Shown: positions 55,295 through 64,000 of the stretch, in pieces
How the letters are laid out: every line of letters starts with the position of its first letter
How positions within the stretch are numbered: position 1 is the first letter of the stretch
Assembly: GCA_947072905.1 (NCBI GenBank)
Contig: CAMTKF010000002.1
Span: 4,334-68,333 of the forward strand
Direction of reading: 5' to 3'
DNA: 64,000 nucleotides
Origin: an uncultured Bacteroidales bacterium
GTDB lineage: Bacteria > Bacteroidota > Bacteroidia > Bacteroidales > Muribaculaceae
Made by a program: the position numbers and the translations under genes
The notes under the pieces: model-generated
What the model was told of the DNA's origin: nothing
What the model saw: only the letters and a program-made list of their open reading frames with translations
The model's database searches: none

Positions 55295-55846
55295 ATGAAA
55301 AAGAAATTTATCTGCACAGTATGTGGCTATGTATATGAAGGCGAACACGCACCCGAAAAGTGCCCCATCTGCGGTGCTCCCGCCAAGGCTTTCAAGGAAG
55401 TTGAAGAAGGCGAAGCCCTCAACTTCGTTACCGAACACGAAATCGGTGTTGCCCGTGGTACTGACGAACAGATGATCGCTGACCTCACAGCTCACTTCAA
55501 CGGCGAATGCGGCGAAGTAGGCATGTACCTCGCCATGTCGCGCCAGGCCGACCGCGAAGGCTATCCCGAAATTGCCGAAGCTTTCAAGCGCTACGCTTTT
55601 GAAGAAGCTGAACACGCTGCCAAGTTCGCTGAACTCCTCGGCGAATGCGTTTGGGACACCAAGACTAACCTCGAAAAGCGCATGCTCGCCGAAGCAGGTG
55701 CCAACGAAGACAAGATGCGCATTGCCCGTCGTGCTAAAGAACAGAACCTCGACGCCATCCACGACACCGTTCACGAAATGGCTAAGGACGAAGCCCGTCA
55801 CGGACGTGGTTTCGAAGGTCTCTACAAGCGTTACTTCGGCAAGTAA
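55295..55846 (+). CDS. rbr: Reverse rubrerythrin / NADH peroxidase (N-terminal rubredoxin + ferritin-like di-iron domain)
   Basis: CTVCGY...CPICG, then E..E, EEAEHA, DEARHG; strong high-expression codon bias. Confidence 0.92.
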   Translation: MKKKFICTVCGYVYEGEHAPEKCPICGAPAKAFKEVEEGEALNFVTEHEIGVARGTDEQMIADLTAHFNGECGEVGMYLAMSRQADREGYPEIAEAFKRYAFEEAEHAAKFAELLGECVWDTKTNLEKRMLAEAGANEDKMRIARRAKEQNLDAIHDTVHEMAKDEARHGRGFEGLYKRYFGK

Positions 55847-55884
55847 TCTTCGACTCCATGAAGGCTCGGTGCTTATGAGCCTTG

Positions 55885-55935
55885 AAGCAATAAAAAACCT
55901 CGTCGGATTTTTCCGGCGAGGTTTTCTTATTGCTT
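55885..55935. terminator. Bidirectional terminator, preceded by a small hairpin at 55861-55883
   Basis: AAGCAATAAAAAACCTCGTCGGA / TCCGGCGAGGTTTTCTTATTGCTT. Confidence 0.8.
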
Positions 55936-55941
55936 ATGACT

Positions 55942-58065
55942 TTATTTCTCAGCTGTTTCGGCAGCGGGTTTGAGCCACTTGTCAAACCATCTGAAGAACA
56001 GACGTTGCCACATGATGGCGTTCTGAGGTTTGAGAATCCAGTGGTTTTCATCGGGATAGATTACCATTTCGGCCGGAATACCGCGGAGCTTGGCTGCATT
56101 GAAGGCTGCCATACCCTGTGAGGCAAGGATGCGGTAGTCGTATTCGCCGTGAGAAATCATGATGGGTGTGGTCCAGCGGTCAACGAAACGGTGGGGTGAG
56201 TTGGCAAAAGTGCGCTGTGCGATGGCATTGTCCTTTTCCCAATAAGCGCCGCCCATATCCCAGTTGGCAAACCACATTTCTTCAGTTTCAAGATACTGAG
56301 CCTCGATGTTGAAGATACCGGCGTGTGCGAGCAATGCGGCGAAGCGGCCATCGTGGTTACCTGCGAGCCAGTATACCGAGAATCCGCCATAGCTGGCACC
56401 GGTTGCACCGATATGTTCAGCGTCGATGAAGGGTTCCTGCTTCATATAGTCTACAGCGCTCAGATAGTCGCGCATGTTCTGGCCGGGATAATCTTTTGAA
56501 ATCTGTTCTTCCCATTCAGTACCGAATCCGGGAACACCGCGGCGGTTGGGGGCGATGATGATATAGTCATTAGATGCCATGATGGCGAAGTTCCAACGAT
56601 AGCTCCAGAACTGGCTTACAGCCGACTGAGGACCGCCCTGGCAGTAAAGGATTGCCGGATACTTCTTGGTCTTGTCAAATTTGGGAGGATAGATTACCCA
56701 TGTGAGCATTTCCTTGCCATCGGTGGTGGGTACCATGCGCTTTTCTACAGTGGGCATTTCGAGCTGGGCGAAGATTGTGCCGTTCACGTCGGTGAGCTGC
56801 TTGGCGGGTGTGCCGTTTGTCACTGAGTATACTTCGTTGGGACGCAGCATGGAGTGATTCATGGTTATCAGGGTTGATTCATCCACTACTGAGAGCGAGG
56901 TGTAGTCCACCATGCCTTCGGCCACTGTTGCCACAGCCTTGGTATTGATGTCGATTTCAAATACCGGAGCTACGCCCTGGTGGTAAGCGATAAACCATAT
57001 TTTCTGAGAATTGGGATTCCATGCAAATTCTTCGATTGTATAATCCCAGTCAACAGTGAGGTCAGTCTTGGCGCCGGTAGCCATATCCATGATGAACAGG
57101 CGGTTCTTGTCGGCTTCATAACCATCGCGTTCCATGCTCAGCCAAGCCATGTACTTGCCGTCGGGCGAGAAAACGGGGTTGGTGTCGTAGCCCATCATGC
57201 CCTCGGTGAGATTGCGGGTGTTCTTGCTCTCGAGATCGTAGAGATATAGGTCGCTGTTTGTAGAGATGGCATATTCAAGGCCGGTCTTCTTGCGCGATGT
57301 GTAAACAAGACCTTTGCTGTCGGGAGTCCATGCAAACGATTCCACGCCGCCAAAGGGCTTCATGGGCGATTCGTAAGGCTCGTCAATCATTATGTCGGCT
57401 ACGTCGGTTATGTTATTGCCGTCGAAGTTGCCCACAAAGGGGTGGGGGATTTCTGTAACCCATTCGTCCCAATGTTTGTACATGAGGTCGTCGATAACGC
57501 GGCCTGTGGCCTTGGGCAGATCGGGATAGATGTCGTCGGCGTTGCGGCTGTACTTCACGTTACCGATCATCACCACCTTTTTCTCGTCGGGCGAGAAAAG
57601 GAATCCCTGAATGCCGTTTTCTTCCTTTGACAGCTGTTTGCGGTCGCTGCCGTCGGGAGCCATGGCCCATACCTGAGGTTTGCCGTCGGCATCGGGATAA
57701 AGGAAGGCTATGCGTTTGCCATCTTCAATCCATACGGCGTTGCTTTCGCTTTTTGCAGTCTTGGTGATACGGGTCTGCTCCGAGCCGTCCACGTTCATTA
57801 CCCAAAGTTCGTTGTTCGACCTGTTCTGAGGTACGCTCTCGTATGATATACCGTAGAGTACCTTTTTACCGTCGGGCGATACACACGGCGAGCTCACGCG
57901 ACCGAGAGCCTCCAGAGCATCAATGTCGAAAATACCCGTAGTGCTGTGATAATCCTGTTGTTCGATGATTTCCTCATCGGCCTGCGGCGCAGGTTTGTTA
58001 CAGGCGGTGGTTGCCGTCATAAGTAAAGCTGCGCTCATTGTTAGGGTTTTGCTTAAGTAGTTCAT
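55942..58065 (-). CDS. S9 family peptidase lipoprotein (DPP5/acylaminoacyl-peptidase-like)
   Basis: Lipobox TTAC, PD40 propeller repeats, YCQGGPQS, GASYGG (Ser), HGEYDYR (Asp), DENHWIL (His). Confidence 0.92.
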   Translation of the reverse strand: MNYLSKTLTMSAALLMTATTACNKPAPQADEEIIEQQDYHSTTGIFDIDALEALGRVSSPCVSPDGKKVLYGISYESVPQNRSNNELWVMNVDGSEQTRITKTAKSESNAVWIEDGKRIAFLYPDADGKPQVWAMAPDGSDRKQLSKEENGIQGFLFSPDEKKVVMIGNVKYSRNADDIYPDLPKATGRVIDDLMYKHWDEWVTEIPHPFVGNFDGNNITDVADIMIDEPYESPMKPFGGVESFAWTPDSKGLVYTSRKKTGLEYAISTNSDLYLYDLESKNTRNLTEGMMGYDTNPVFSPDGKYMAWLSMERDGYEADKNRLFIMDMATGAKTDLTVDWDYTIEEFAWNPNSQKIWFIAYHQGVAPVFEIDINTKAVATVAEGMVDYTSLSVVDESTLITMNHSMLRPNEVYSVTNGTPAKQLTDVNGTIFAQLEMPTVEKRMVPTTDGKEMLTWVIYPPKFDKTKKYPAILYCQGGPQSAVSQFWSYRWNFAIMASNDYIIIAPNRRGVPGFGTEWEEQISKDYPGQNMRDYLSAVDYMKQEPFIDAEHIGATGASYGGFSVYWLAGNHDGRFAALLAHAGIFNIEAQYLETEEMWFANWDMGGAYWEKDNAIAQRTFANSPHRFVDRWTTPIMISHGEYDYRILASQGMAAFNAAKLRGIPAEMVIYPDENHWILKPQNAIMWQRLFFRWFDKWLKPAAETAEK

Positions 58066-58085
58066 TAAAAAATATGATTGGAAAA

Positions 58086-58682
58086 TTAGTCGTTCATGGT
58101 TACACCGTCGATATCGCTTAGCCGGTTGAAGATTTCGTCGAATCTGTCAAGTTCTATGTCAAGCTCCATCAGGCAGGTGTTGTCAAAGGTGGTCCCGGTC
58201 ACTGTGACGCCGTCAAATCGTGAGATTTTCATAACGTCGTTCATTGCCATGTAGGGGAATGTGAAGCTCAGATGTTTCATGCGGTGGCATTCCACAATCT
58301 CAGCGTTCTCTATGGCGTCGCGGGCCGCCTGTCGGTATGCGGTAATCAGGCCTGATGTGCCGAGTTTCACACCTCCGAAGTATCTTACCACAGCAATCAG
58401 TATATCTGTAAGTTCGTATGAGTTTATCTGACCTAAAATGGGCTTTCCGGCCGTCCCCGATGGCTCGCCGTTGTCGTTGGCTCTGAATTCAAGTCTTTCG
58501 GGTCCGAGCATATATGCCCAGCATACGTGCCGTGCATCAAAATACTTCTTGTTAAGGCCCGCTATGATTTCTTTCACCTCTTCAACAGATGTGACATGAT
58601 AGGCGAAAGCAAGAAATTTGCTTCGCTTCTCGGTGAATATCGCTTCAGCCGGTCCGTTGATTGTTCGGAAAATATCTGACAT
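58086..58682 (-). CDS. yigZ: YigZ/IMPACT family protein
   Basis: EKRSKFLA, ARHVCWAY, NDNGEPSGTAGKPIL, VVRYFGGVKLGTSGLITAY. Start moved to ATG 58682. Confidence 0.92.
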   Translation of the reverse strand: MSDIFRTINGPAEAIFTEKRSKFLAFAYHVTSVEEVKEIIAGLNKKYFDARHVCWAYMLGPERLEFRANDNGEPSGTAGKPILGQINSYELTDILIAVVRYFGGVKLGTSGLITAYRQAARDAIENAEIVECHRMKHLSFTFPYMAMNDVMKISRFDGVTVTGTTFDNTCLMELDIELDRFDEIFNRLSDIDGVTMND

Positions 58683-58721
58683 AATAGGCTCTGAATATGC
58701 TGATAAAACATACTTCTTTTG

Positions 58722-58757
58722 CAAAGTTAAGGTATATTTTTTGCTTTTGCAAAAATA
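58722..58757 (-). promoter_or_regulatory. Two tandem -7 boxes for yigZ
   Basis: TAACTTTG at 58722-29 and TATTTTTG at 58750-57. Confidence 0.6.
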
Positions 58758-58794
58758 TATGGCAGACATAGCATATAGCGTGGCATATTTCGTT

Positions 58795-58885
58795 ACGTAC
58801 AAACCCCGGCGAAATCCACAGGAACGCCGGGGTTTATTACGAAACTTTACTTAACTTATGGGTTTATCAAATGCTTTTACTTGAC
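58795..58885 (-). ncRNA. Candidate ~85-90 nt small RNA or attenuated leader
   Basis: TAACTTTG(CA) at 58890-97 followed by a strong GC hairpin at 58801-58835; no ORF longer than 6 codons from the promoter. Confidence 0.35.
58801..58835. terminator. GC-rich hairpin
   Basis: AAACCCCGGCG-13nt-CGCCGGGGTTT. Confidence 0.65.
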
Positions 58886-58917
58886 ATTGCAAAGTTAGTG
58901 CAGTTTTTTCAGTGGTG

Positions 58918-58939
58918 AAATACCCTGTTGAGGGTATTT
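58918..58939 (-). terminator. Terminator after the alcohol dehydrogenase gene
   Basis: AAATACCCT-4nt-AGGGTATTT just past the stop codon. Confidence 0.65.
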
Positions 58940-58958
58940 TTATGCTGTATCAAAGGGC

Positions 58959-60128
58959 TTATTGCATCAATCGGTATATGATTTCAGTATCTGATGGATA
59001 GAGAGGGTAGTAATTGCCCCACGGAGTACCCTTGTCGCGGTGGAAGTCAGAAGTAAACTTGCCGAAGTCGGGGTCGGTGATACCGAGGTCGCCCAGCGTG
59101 AGAGGCAATGACATATATTTGAAGAATTCGCGCAGTCGCTTTATGCCTTCGAGGGCTGCCTCGCGGTCGTTTTCAATGTCCACATCAAACACCCGGCGGC
59201 CGAATTGTGCTATCTTGCCCGGATTTTTGTCGGTCATATATGTCATCCATGCAGGGAATGCTACAGCCAGTCCGGCTCCGTGAGTCACGTCGTACAGTGC
59301 CGAGAGAACGTGTTCCAGACCGTGCGCCGACCACTCCTCGCGGCGTCCGCATCCGCAGATACCATTGTGGGCAAGTGTGCCGCTCCACATTATATTTGCA
59401 CGCGCGTCGTAATTATCGGGATTTTCAACCAAAGTCCTGCCTTCGGTGATTATAGCTTTGAGCAGACCTTCGCACAGGCGGTCGGTTGTCTCGACGCCCT
59501 CGGTAGGCGAGAAATAGCGTTCCATGATGTGTGCCATCATGTCGGCGATGCCTGCAGCTGTCTGCGACATGGGTAGTGTGAGTGTCAGCTCGGGATTCAT
59601 CACCGCGAACTTGGGACGCAGCGCATAGTCGGTGCGGATGCTGATTTTCTGTTTGAGAGCCGAATTTGTTATCACACTGTTTCCGCTGCCTTCGCTTCCG
59701 GCTGCCGGTATGGTGAGAACTACGCCTATGGGCAAAGCTTCCTTCACAATGGCTTTGCCACAATAGAAATCCCAGAAATCTCCGTTGTAAAGAGTGCCGG
59801 CTGCGATTGCCTTGGCGGTGTCTATCACAGAGCCTCCGCCCACTGCAAGTAGTCCGTCGACATTTTCGGCACGGCAGATGTCAATGCCTTCTCTTACTTT
59901 ATCGTCAGTGGGGTTGGGGCATATACCGCTCAGTTCTGAATAGCTTACACCGGCATCGTCAAGCGATGCTTTTACCCTGTCGATAAGGCCTGATTTCACA
60001 GCCGAGCCACGGCCGTATACAAGCATTACCTTTTTACATCCGATCTCGCTCACGAGCTTTCCTGTTTGATTTTCCACACCTTTGCCAAAAACGTAGCGGG
60101 TAGGTGACTGATAGCTGAAGTTATCCAT
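58959..60128 (-). CDS. Iron-containing alcohol dehydrogenase (BdhA/YqhD-like, NADPH-type)
   Basis: PTRYVFGKG, AVGGGSVIDTAK, TIPAAGSEGS, DMMAHIMERY, HGLEHVLSALYDVTHGAGL. Confidence 0.92.
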   Translation of the reverse strand: MDNFSYQSPTRYVFGKGVENQTGKLVSEIGCKKVMLVYGRGSAVKSGLIDRVKASLDDAGVSYSELSGICPNPTDDKVREGIDICRAENVDGLLAVGGGSVIDTAKAIAAGTLYNGDFWDFYCGKAIVKEALPIGVVLTIPAAGSEGSGNSVITNSALKQKISIRTDYALRPKFAVMNPELTLTLPMSQTAAGIADMMAHIMERYFSPTEGVETTDRLCEGLLKAIITEGRTLVENPDNYDARANIMWSGTLAHNGICGCGRREEWSAHGLEHVLSALYDVTHGAGLAVAFPAWMTYMTDKNPGKIAQFGRRVFDVDIENDREAALEGIKRLREFFKYMSLPLTLGDLGITDPDFGKFTSDFHRDKGTPWGNYYPLYPSDTEIIYRLMQ

Positions 60129-60162
60129 AATTATAAAAGAATTTCTAATTATAAAAGAATTT
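60128..60162. repeat. Tandem direct repeat (17 nt, period 18) filling the radC-adh spacer
   Basis: TAATTATAAAAGAATTT at 60128-60144 and 60146-60162. Confidence 0.9.
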
Positions 60163-60887
60163 TAGGGCAGTTTGCCGTGTTCAAAATAAGAATAGTAATG
60201 TCCGCCGTCGTTGACTATTATGTGGTCGTTTACCCTGATGTCAACGGCGCGTCCTCCCTCGCATATACGTCGGGTAAGGTTATCGTCCTGAACTGACGGT
60301 GTGAGCGCACCCGACGGATGATTGTGGAAAAGTATCATTGCCGATGCCAGATTCTCGATTGCGCTTTTCAATACAATCTTTACATCGACAGCTGTCATGG
60401 CTACACCGCCGCGGCTTACGCATACCTTGCGTATGATCTTGCCCGACTGCGACAGCAGCATCACCCAGAATTCTTCGTGAGGCAGATTCGCAAAATTGCG
60501 CTTCATTGCCTGCACGGCTTTTTCGGCCGAATTTATCGTGGGATTGTCTTTCATCACGAAGTCCTCTGCAGAGCGTGCGCCAAGCTCAAGCGCAGCCAGC
60601 AGGCTTATGGCCTTGGCCTCGCCTATACCCTTGTACCGCTTCACAAAATCGGCTACCGACAGCCTGGCCACATTAGATATGTGGTTGTCGTTGTCGGCGA
60701 GTATCTCCTCGCATAGTCTCAGCACAGATTTGCCTTTGATGCCGGTGCCGAACAGTATGGCCATCAGTTCGGTATTCGACAGCGATTTAATCCCCAGGTG
60801 CATGGCTTTCTCGCGGGGTCGCTCGTCCTTGGCCATGTCGCGTATAAGGATAGTATTGTCGCCTGTGATTCCGGGATAGGTATCCAT
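60162..60887 (-). CDS. radC: RadC family JAB-domain protein
   Basis: RPREK, LSNTELMAIL, helix-hairpin-helix KGIGEAK, HEEFW, HNHPSG...PSVQD. Confidence 0.93.
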   Translation of the reverse strand: MDTYPGITGDNTILIRDMAKDERPREKAMHLGIKSLSNTELMAILFGTGIKGKSVLRLCEEILADNDNHISNVARLSVADFVKRYKGIGEAKAISLLAALELGARSAEDFVMKDNPTINSAEKAVQAMKRNFANLPHEEFWVMLLSQSGKIIRKVCVSRGGVAMTAVDVKIVLKSAIENLASAMILFHNHPSGALTPSVQDDNLTRRICEGGRAVDIRVNDHIIVNDGGHYYSYFEHGKLP

Positions 60888-60888
60888 A

Positions 60889-61884
60889 TCATTTACCTTT
60901 ACGCATTGATATTTCTTCTTCTATATCGCGTCCCTGACGGAAAATAATTTTCTTGGTATAGTCACGGATGAATCCGCATCCGTAGCCACCCAGCTGTATT
61001 ATGGCTGCGGGAACGGCCATGAATGCAATCTTGAGATTGCCGCACGACAGCAGCGCACCTGCAAAAACAGCTATGAAATATAGCGCGAGCGGCAGGAAGA
61101 ACCATGCGCTAACAAAAATTCCGAGCAGTATCAGTGCCAAAGAGCCAATGACAAACACTGCCGGAAGCAGATGCACCGGCTTCAATGAGTCGGGATACAG
61201 CAGTTTGAGCGTTACGCGCGACTTGCCGAACACATATACCTGACGGAAGAATTTGCGGAAATCTACCCTGCGTTTGTGCCATACGGGGTTCTGAATAAGC
61301 CCTATAGAGAAGCCTCCGTGCCTTACTCGGGTACTCATGTCGATATCTTCGGAGAACATTTCTCTGAATCCGCCCACCTTTTCGTAGACCTCTTTAGAGT
61401 AGCCCATGTTGAATGTTCGCGGCACGAATTTCTCAAGACGAACTTTGCCGCCGCGTATGCCGCCGGTAGTGAGGAACGAGGTCATTGAGTAGTTGATGGC
61501 TTTTTGGGTATCGCTGAATGAAGAATGTGCCGCATCCGGACCACCAAAGCAGTCAACAGGATTTTTGCGCAATTCAATTTCGAGATTTTTGAAGTAATCT
61601 GACGGAATCACGCAGTCCGAATCGAAAAACACGAAATAATCGCCCGAGGCGCGATCCATACCGTAGTTTCGGGCAATGGAGCGTCCTTCATTCTCTTTGT
61701 AGAAGTATTTTATGTCGAGTCCGCGCCGTGCAGCAGCCTCGCATTCTTTGCGGCAAGGGTCTGAAGAGCCGTCCTCGACAATTATTACTTCAAAATTCTT
61801 TACTGATTGTTTCTGAAGGCTGTCGAGAAGTTCCTTTACTTCATCTATACGGTTGTAAACCGGTACTATAACAGAAAATTTCAT
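60889..61884 (-). CDS. Glycosyltransferase family 2 (conserved Bacteroidetes type)
   Basis: SVIVPVYNR, VEDGS, RNYG, FFDSDC, GGPD, C-terminal TM hairpin. Confidence 0.9.
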   Translation of the reverse strand: MKFSVIVPVYNRIDEVKELLDSLQKQSVKNFEVIIVEDGSSDPCRKECEAAARRGLDIKYFYKENEGRSIARNYGMDRASGDYFVFFDSDCVIPSDYFKNLEIELRKNPVDCFGGPDAAHSSFSDTQKAINYSMTSFLTTGGIRGGKVRLEKFVPRTFNMGYSKEVYEKVGGFREMFSEDIDMSTRVRHGGFSIGLIQNPVWHKRRVDFRKFFRQVYVFGKSRVTLKLLYPDSLKPVHLLPAVFVIGSLALILLGIFVSAWFFLPLALYFIAVFAGALLSCGNLKIAFMAVPAAIIQLGGYGCGFIRDYTKKIIFRQGRDIEEEISMRKGK

Positions 61885-61888
61885 AGGC

Positions 61889-63037
61889 TCAGCTCATTCT
61901 TGATTTATAATCTTCGTAAGTGAATTGGCGCAGCAGTTCAGCGTTGCCATTGCTTCTGACGAGCCATATCGACGGATGACTGATGCCGTTGAACATGGTT
62001 GTCTTGACCGTTGTGTAATGATTCATGTCCTCCAGTGTCAGGCGGTCGCCGGTTTTCAGGGGTGTGCTGAAACTCCAGTCGCCTGTAAAGTCGCCGCTCA
62101 GGCATGAGTTGCCTCCCAGGCGGAAGGTAGGTTTTCCGGCCACGGGTTCTTGGCCAAGGCTCTCTGTTATGATAGGCTTATAAGGCATTTCGAGTGTATC
62201 GGGCATGTGGCATGCGAATGATGCGTCGATGATAGCCGTACTTATGCCGTCGTTCTCCACTACGTCTACAACCGATGTTATCAAATCGCCTGTGCGCCAT
62301 GTGAATGCGCTTCCCGGTTCGAGTATCACCTGAATCCAAGGATAGCGTTGTTTGAAGTCGCGCAGCAGTTTTACGAGATGATCAGTGTCATATCCCTCGC
62401 GGGTCATTAGATGTCCGCCGCCCATGTTTACCCACTTTATTTGCGGAAGATATTTGCCAAACTGGCTTTCAAAGGCTTCAAGGACTTTTTCGAGGTCATA
62501 GCTCGTTGATTCGCACAAAGCATGGAAATGAAGCCCTTCAAGACCCTCGGGCAGTACATCGCCTAAGTGCTCGGCATCAACTCCAAACCGTGAACCGGGC
62601 AGTGCGGGGTTATATATGTCTGTCTCGATTACCGAACACTTGGGATTAACTCTTAAGCCCGGAGATACATGGCGCCCCGACTTGGAGTTGTAATCTTTGA
62701 GCTTGTCGGCAAACTTTTCGTACTGGCTTACTGAATTGAAGGTGATATGGGAGCTGCCGGCCAGGTATTCGTCGATGGTATCGGGCGTGTAGGCCGGGCA
62801 ATAGCTGTGCACCTCTCCGCCCAGAAACTCGCGGCCGAGCCTCAGCTCATTGAGCGAGCTTGCGGTAGAATTTTTGCAATATTCCGCTATAATCGGAAAC
62901 GTGCGCCATAAAGCATTGGCTTTGAAAGCCATGATGATGTCAATGTCAGCGGCTCGTTTAACCGATTCAATCAGTTCGAGATTACGGCGCAGGCGGTCTT
63001 CATAAACCACGTAGGCGGGAGTTGGTATTTGTTGCAT
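61889..63037 (-). CDS. nspC: Carboxynorspermidine/carboxyspermidine decarboxylase
   Basis: TPAYVV, MAFKANALW, ASSLNE, LRVNP, SRFGV, HFHALCE, NMGGGH, EPG, DASFACHMPDTLEMPY, YTTVKTTMFNGI. Confidence 0.95.
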   Translation of the reverse strand: MQQIPTPAYVVYEDRLRRNLELIESVKRAADIDIIMAFKANALWRTFPIIAEYCKNSTASSLNELRLGREFLGGEVHSYCPAYTPDTIDEYLAGSSHITFNSVSQYEKFADKLKDYNSKSGRHVSPGLRVNPKCSVIETDIYNPALPGSRFGVDAEHLGDVLPEGLEGLHFHALCESTSYDLEKVLEAFESQFGKYLPQIKWVNMGGGHLMTREGYDTDHLVKLLRDFKQRYPWIQVILEPGSAFTWRTGDLITSVVDVVENDGISTAIIDASFACHMPDTLEMPYKPIITESLGQEPVAGKPTFRLGGNSCLSGDFTGDWSFSTPLKTGDRLTLEDMNHYTTVKTTMFNGISHPSIWLVRSNGNAELLRQFTYEDYKSRMS

Positions 63038-63999
63038 CAGTCTTGAATTGTAAATCGTGCGAATTTAAGTAATAATTGGCGGGGTGTATTCTCGTTGTTG
63101 AACTGAACGATTGCCACATCGCCGATGTCCTTGCTGTCCAGAGATATGATTGTACCGCTTCCAAACTTGAAATGTACAACTTTCATTCCGGGTTTAAGCT
63201 CGCTCAGTCTGTGAACACTGCCCGAATCGCGGCTTGTGCCGGGATTATTCTTCTGTGCGGGTGTCGGCATACTGAACAGCGGCTTGCGTATGGCCGGCTC
63301 CGAGTAGCTGCGGCTTGCAGGTTCCTGCACTCTTACGGGCATATCTTCAGCCCCGTATGAAAATTTAAGGTAGCGGGGATTGATATCTTTAAGAAAGCGC
63401 GACGGGCGGCATACGGTTGTCTGGCCGTTGAGGTACCTGTTCTTGGCAAACGACACCATGCAGAATTTTTTTGCTCTGGTGATGGCTACATAAAACAGAC
63501 GCCTTTCCTCCTCGATTTCCTCAATAGTGCCCTTGCCCATGCCTGAGGGCAACAGATCTTCTTCGACGCCCACAACGAATACATGAGCAAATTCGAGTCC
63601 TTTTGCCGCATGTATGGTCATAAGTGTCACGGAATCGCGCAGTGCGGGGTCCTCGGTATCCTGGTCTGTGAGCAACGACACTTTGTTAAGGAACTCGGCC
63701 ATGCCGCGTTCCTCTTCGCCGGCTTCCTGCTGGTCTGCTACATAGTCATGAGCGCTGCGCAGCAGTTCCTCCAGGTTCTGTACTTTCGAGATATTTTCGG
63801 GAGTGGACTCAGACAGATATTGCGACAGCAGTCCGGTTGACATTATGATATCGCGGGCAACGGCTTCGGCATCCTGATTCGCAGCCTTGTCGATAAAGCG
63901 GCGTATTACCTCTATGAATCCGTTTAATTTGCGCAGGGTGCCTGAATTGACGTTAAGACCATAACGTGCGGGGTCGTTGACTACGTCCCACATGCTCAC
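63037..63999 (-). CDS. pcrA: UvrD/PcrA family ATP-dependent DNA helicase, C-terminal part (5' truncated by window)
   Basis: VTLMTIHAAKGLEF, EEERRLFYVAITRAK, PSRFL, C-terminal Tudor-like KVVHFKFGSG; TGATG overlap with nspC. Confidence 0.93.
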   Translation of the reverse strand: MSMWDVVNDPARYGLNVNSGTLRKLNGFIEVIRRFIDKAANQDAEAVARDIIMSTGLLSQYLSESTPENISKVQNLEELLRSAHDYVADQQEAGEEERGMAEFLNKVSLLTDQDTEDPALRDSVTLMTIHAAKGLEFAHVFVVGVEEDLLPSGMGKGTIEEIEEERRLFYVAITRAKKFCMVSFAKNRYLNGQTTVCRPSRFLKDINPRYLKFSYGAEDMPVRVQEPASRSYSEPAIRKPLFSMPTPAQKNNPGTSRDSGSVHRLSELKPGMKVVHFKFGSGTIISLDSKDIGDVAIVQFNNENTPRQLLLKFARFTIQD

Positions 64000-64000
64000 G

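Noticed and set aside
58867-58887. Six-codon ORF MSSKSI after the 58890 promoter
   Set aside because: The ATG lies only 2 nt after the -7 box, probably upstream of the transcription start, and the ORF is too short to support.
60162-60887. radC as a marker of a mobile element
   Set aside because: Full-length chromosomal type with N-terminal HhH region, embedded in a housekeeping operon, with no integrase or att sites.
1-64000. tRNA, rRNA, CRISPR arrays, IS elements, prophage or defence genes
   Set aside because: None seen. Intergenic gaps are short (under about 280 bp) and are accounted for by promoters and terminators.

Overview
Chromosomal core-genome window of a Bacteroidales bacterium (probably Muribaculaceae; an inference from gene content and TAnnTTTG promoter style). 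It holds about 65 densely packed CDS, truncated at both ends (PPIase-like gene at left, pcrA/uvrD at right). I found no rRNA, tRNA, CRISPR, IS or integrase. Housekeeping and envelope genes (serCA, surA-ostA, purT, lpxH, kdsB, kdsC, htrA, ilvE, mltG, nspC, radC) are interleaved with three separate surface-glycan modules: wza-wzc-wzy-like (1.9-6.6 kb); wzi-lipocalin-legB-neuD-neuB, an incomplete legionaminic-acid-type pathway (29-33.6 kb); and ugd-radical SAM-GT4 / GT4-GT32 / rmlACB (39.4-47.5 kb). The best candidate for an undescribed system is this split glycan pathway, especially the Twitch-type radical SAM enzyme coupled to a GT4 and facing a Cys-rich GT4. Other notable signals: four apparently leaderless genes, a lipoprotein-signal nitroreductase, a promoter-to-hairpin sRNA/attenuator candidate, a perfect 44-bp palindrome and a degenerate ThiE heading an envelope operon. 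Family calls come from motif recognition, not database searches. Several starts were moved downstream of the ORF track where the track start overlapped a promoter box or a neighbouring gene.
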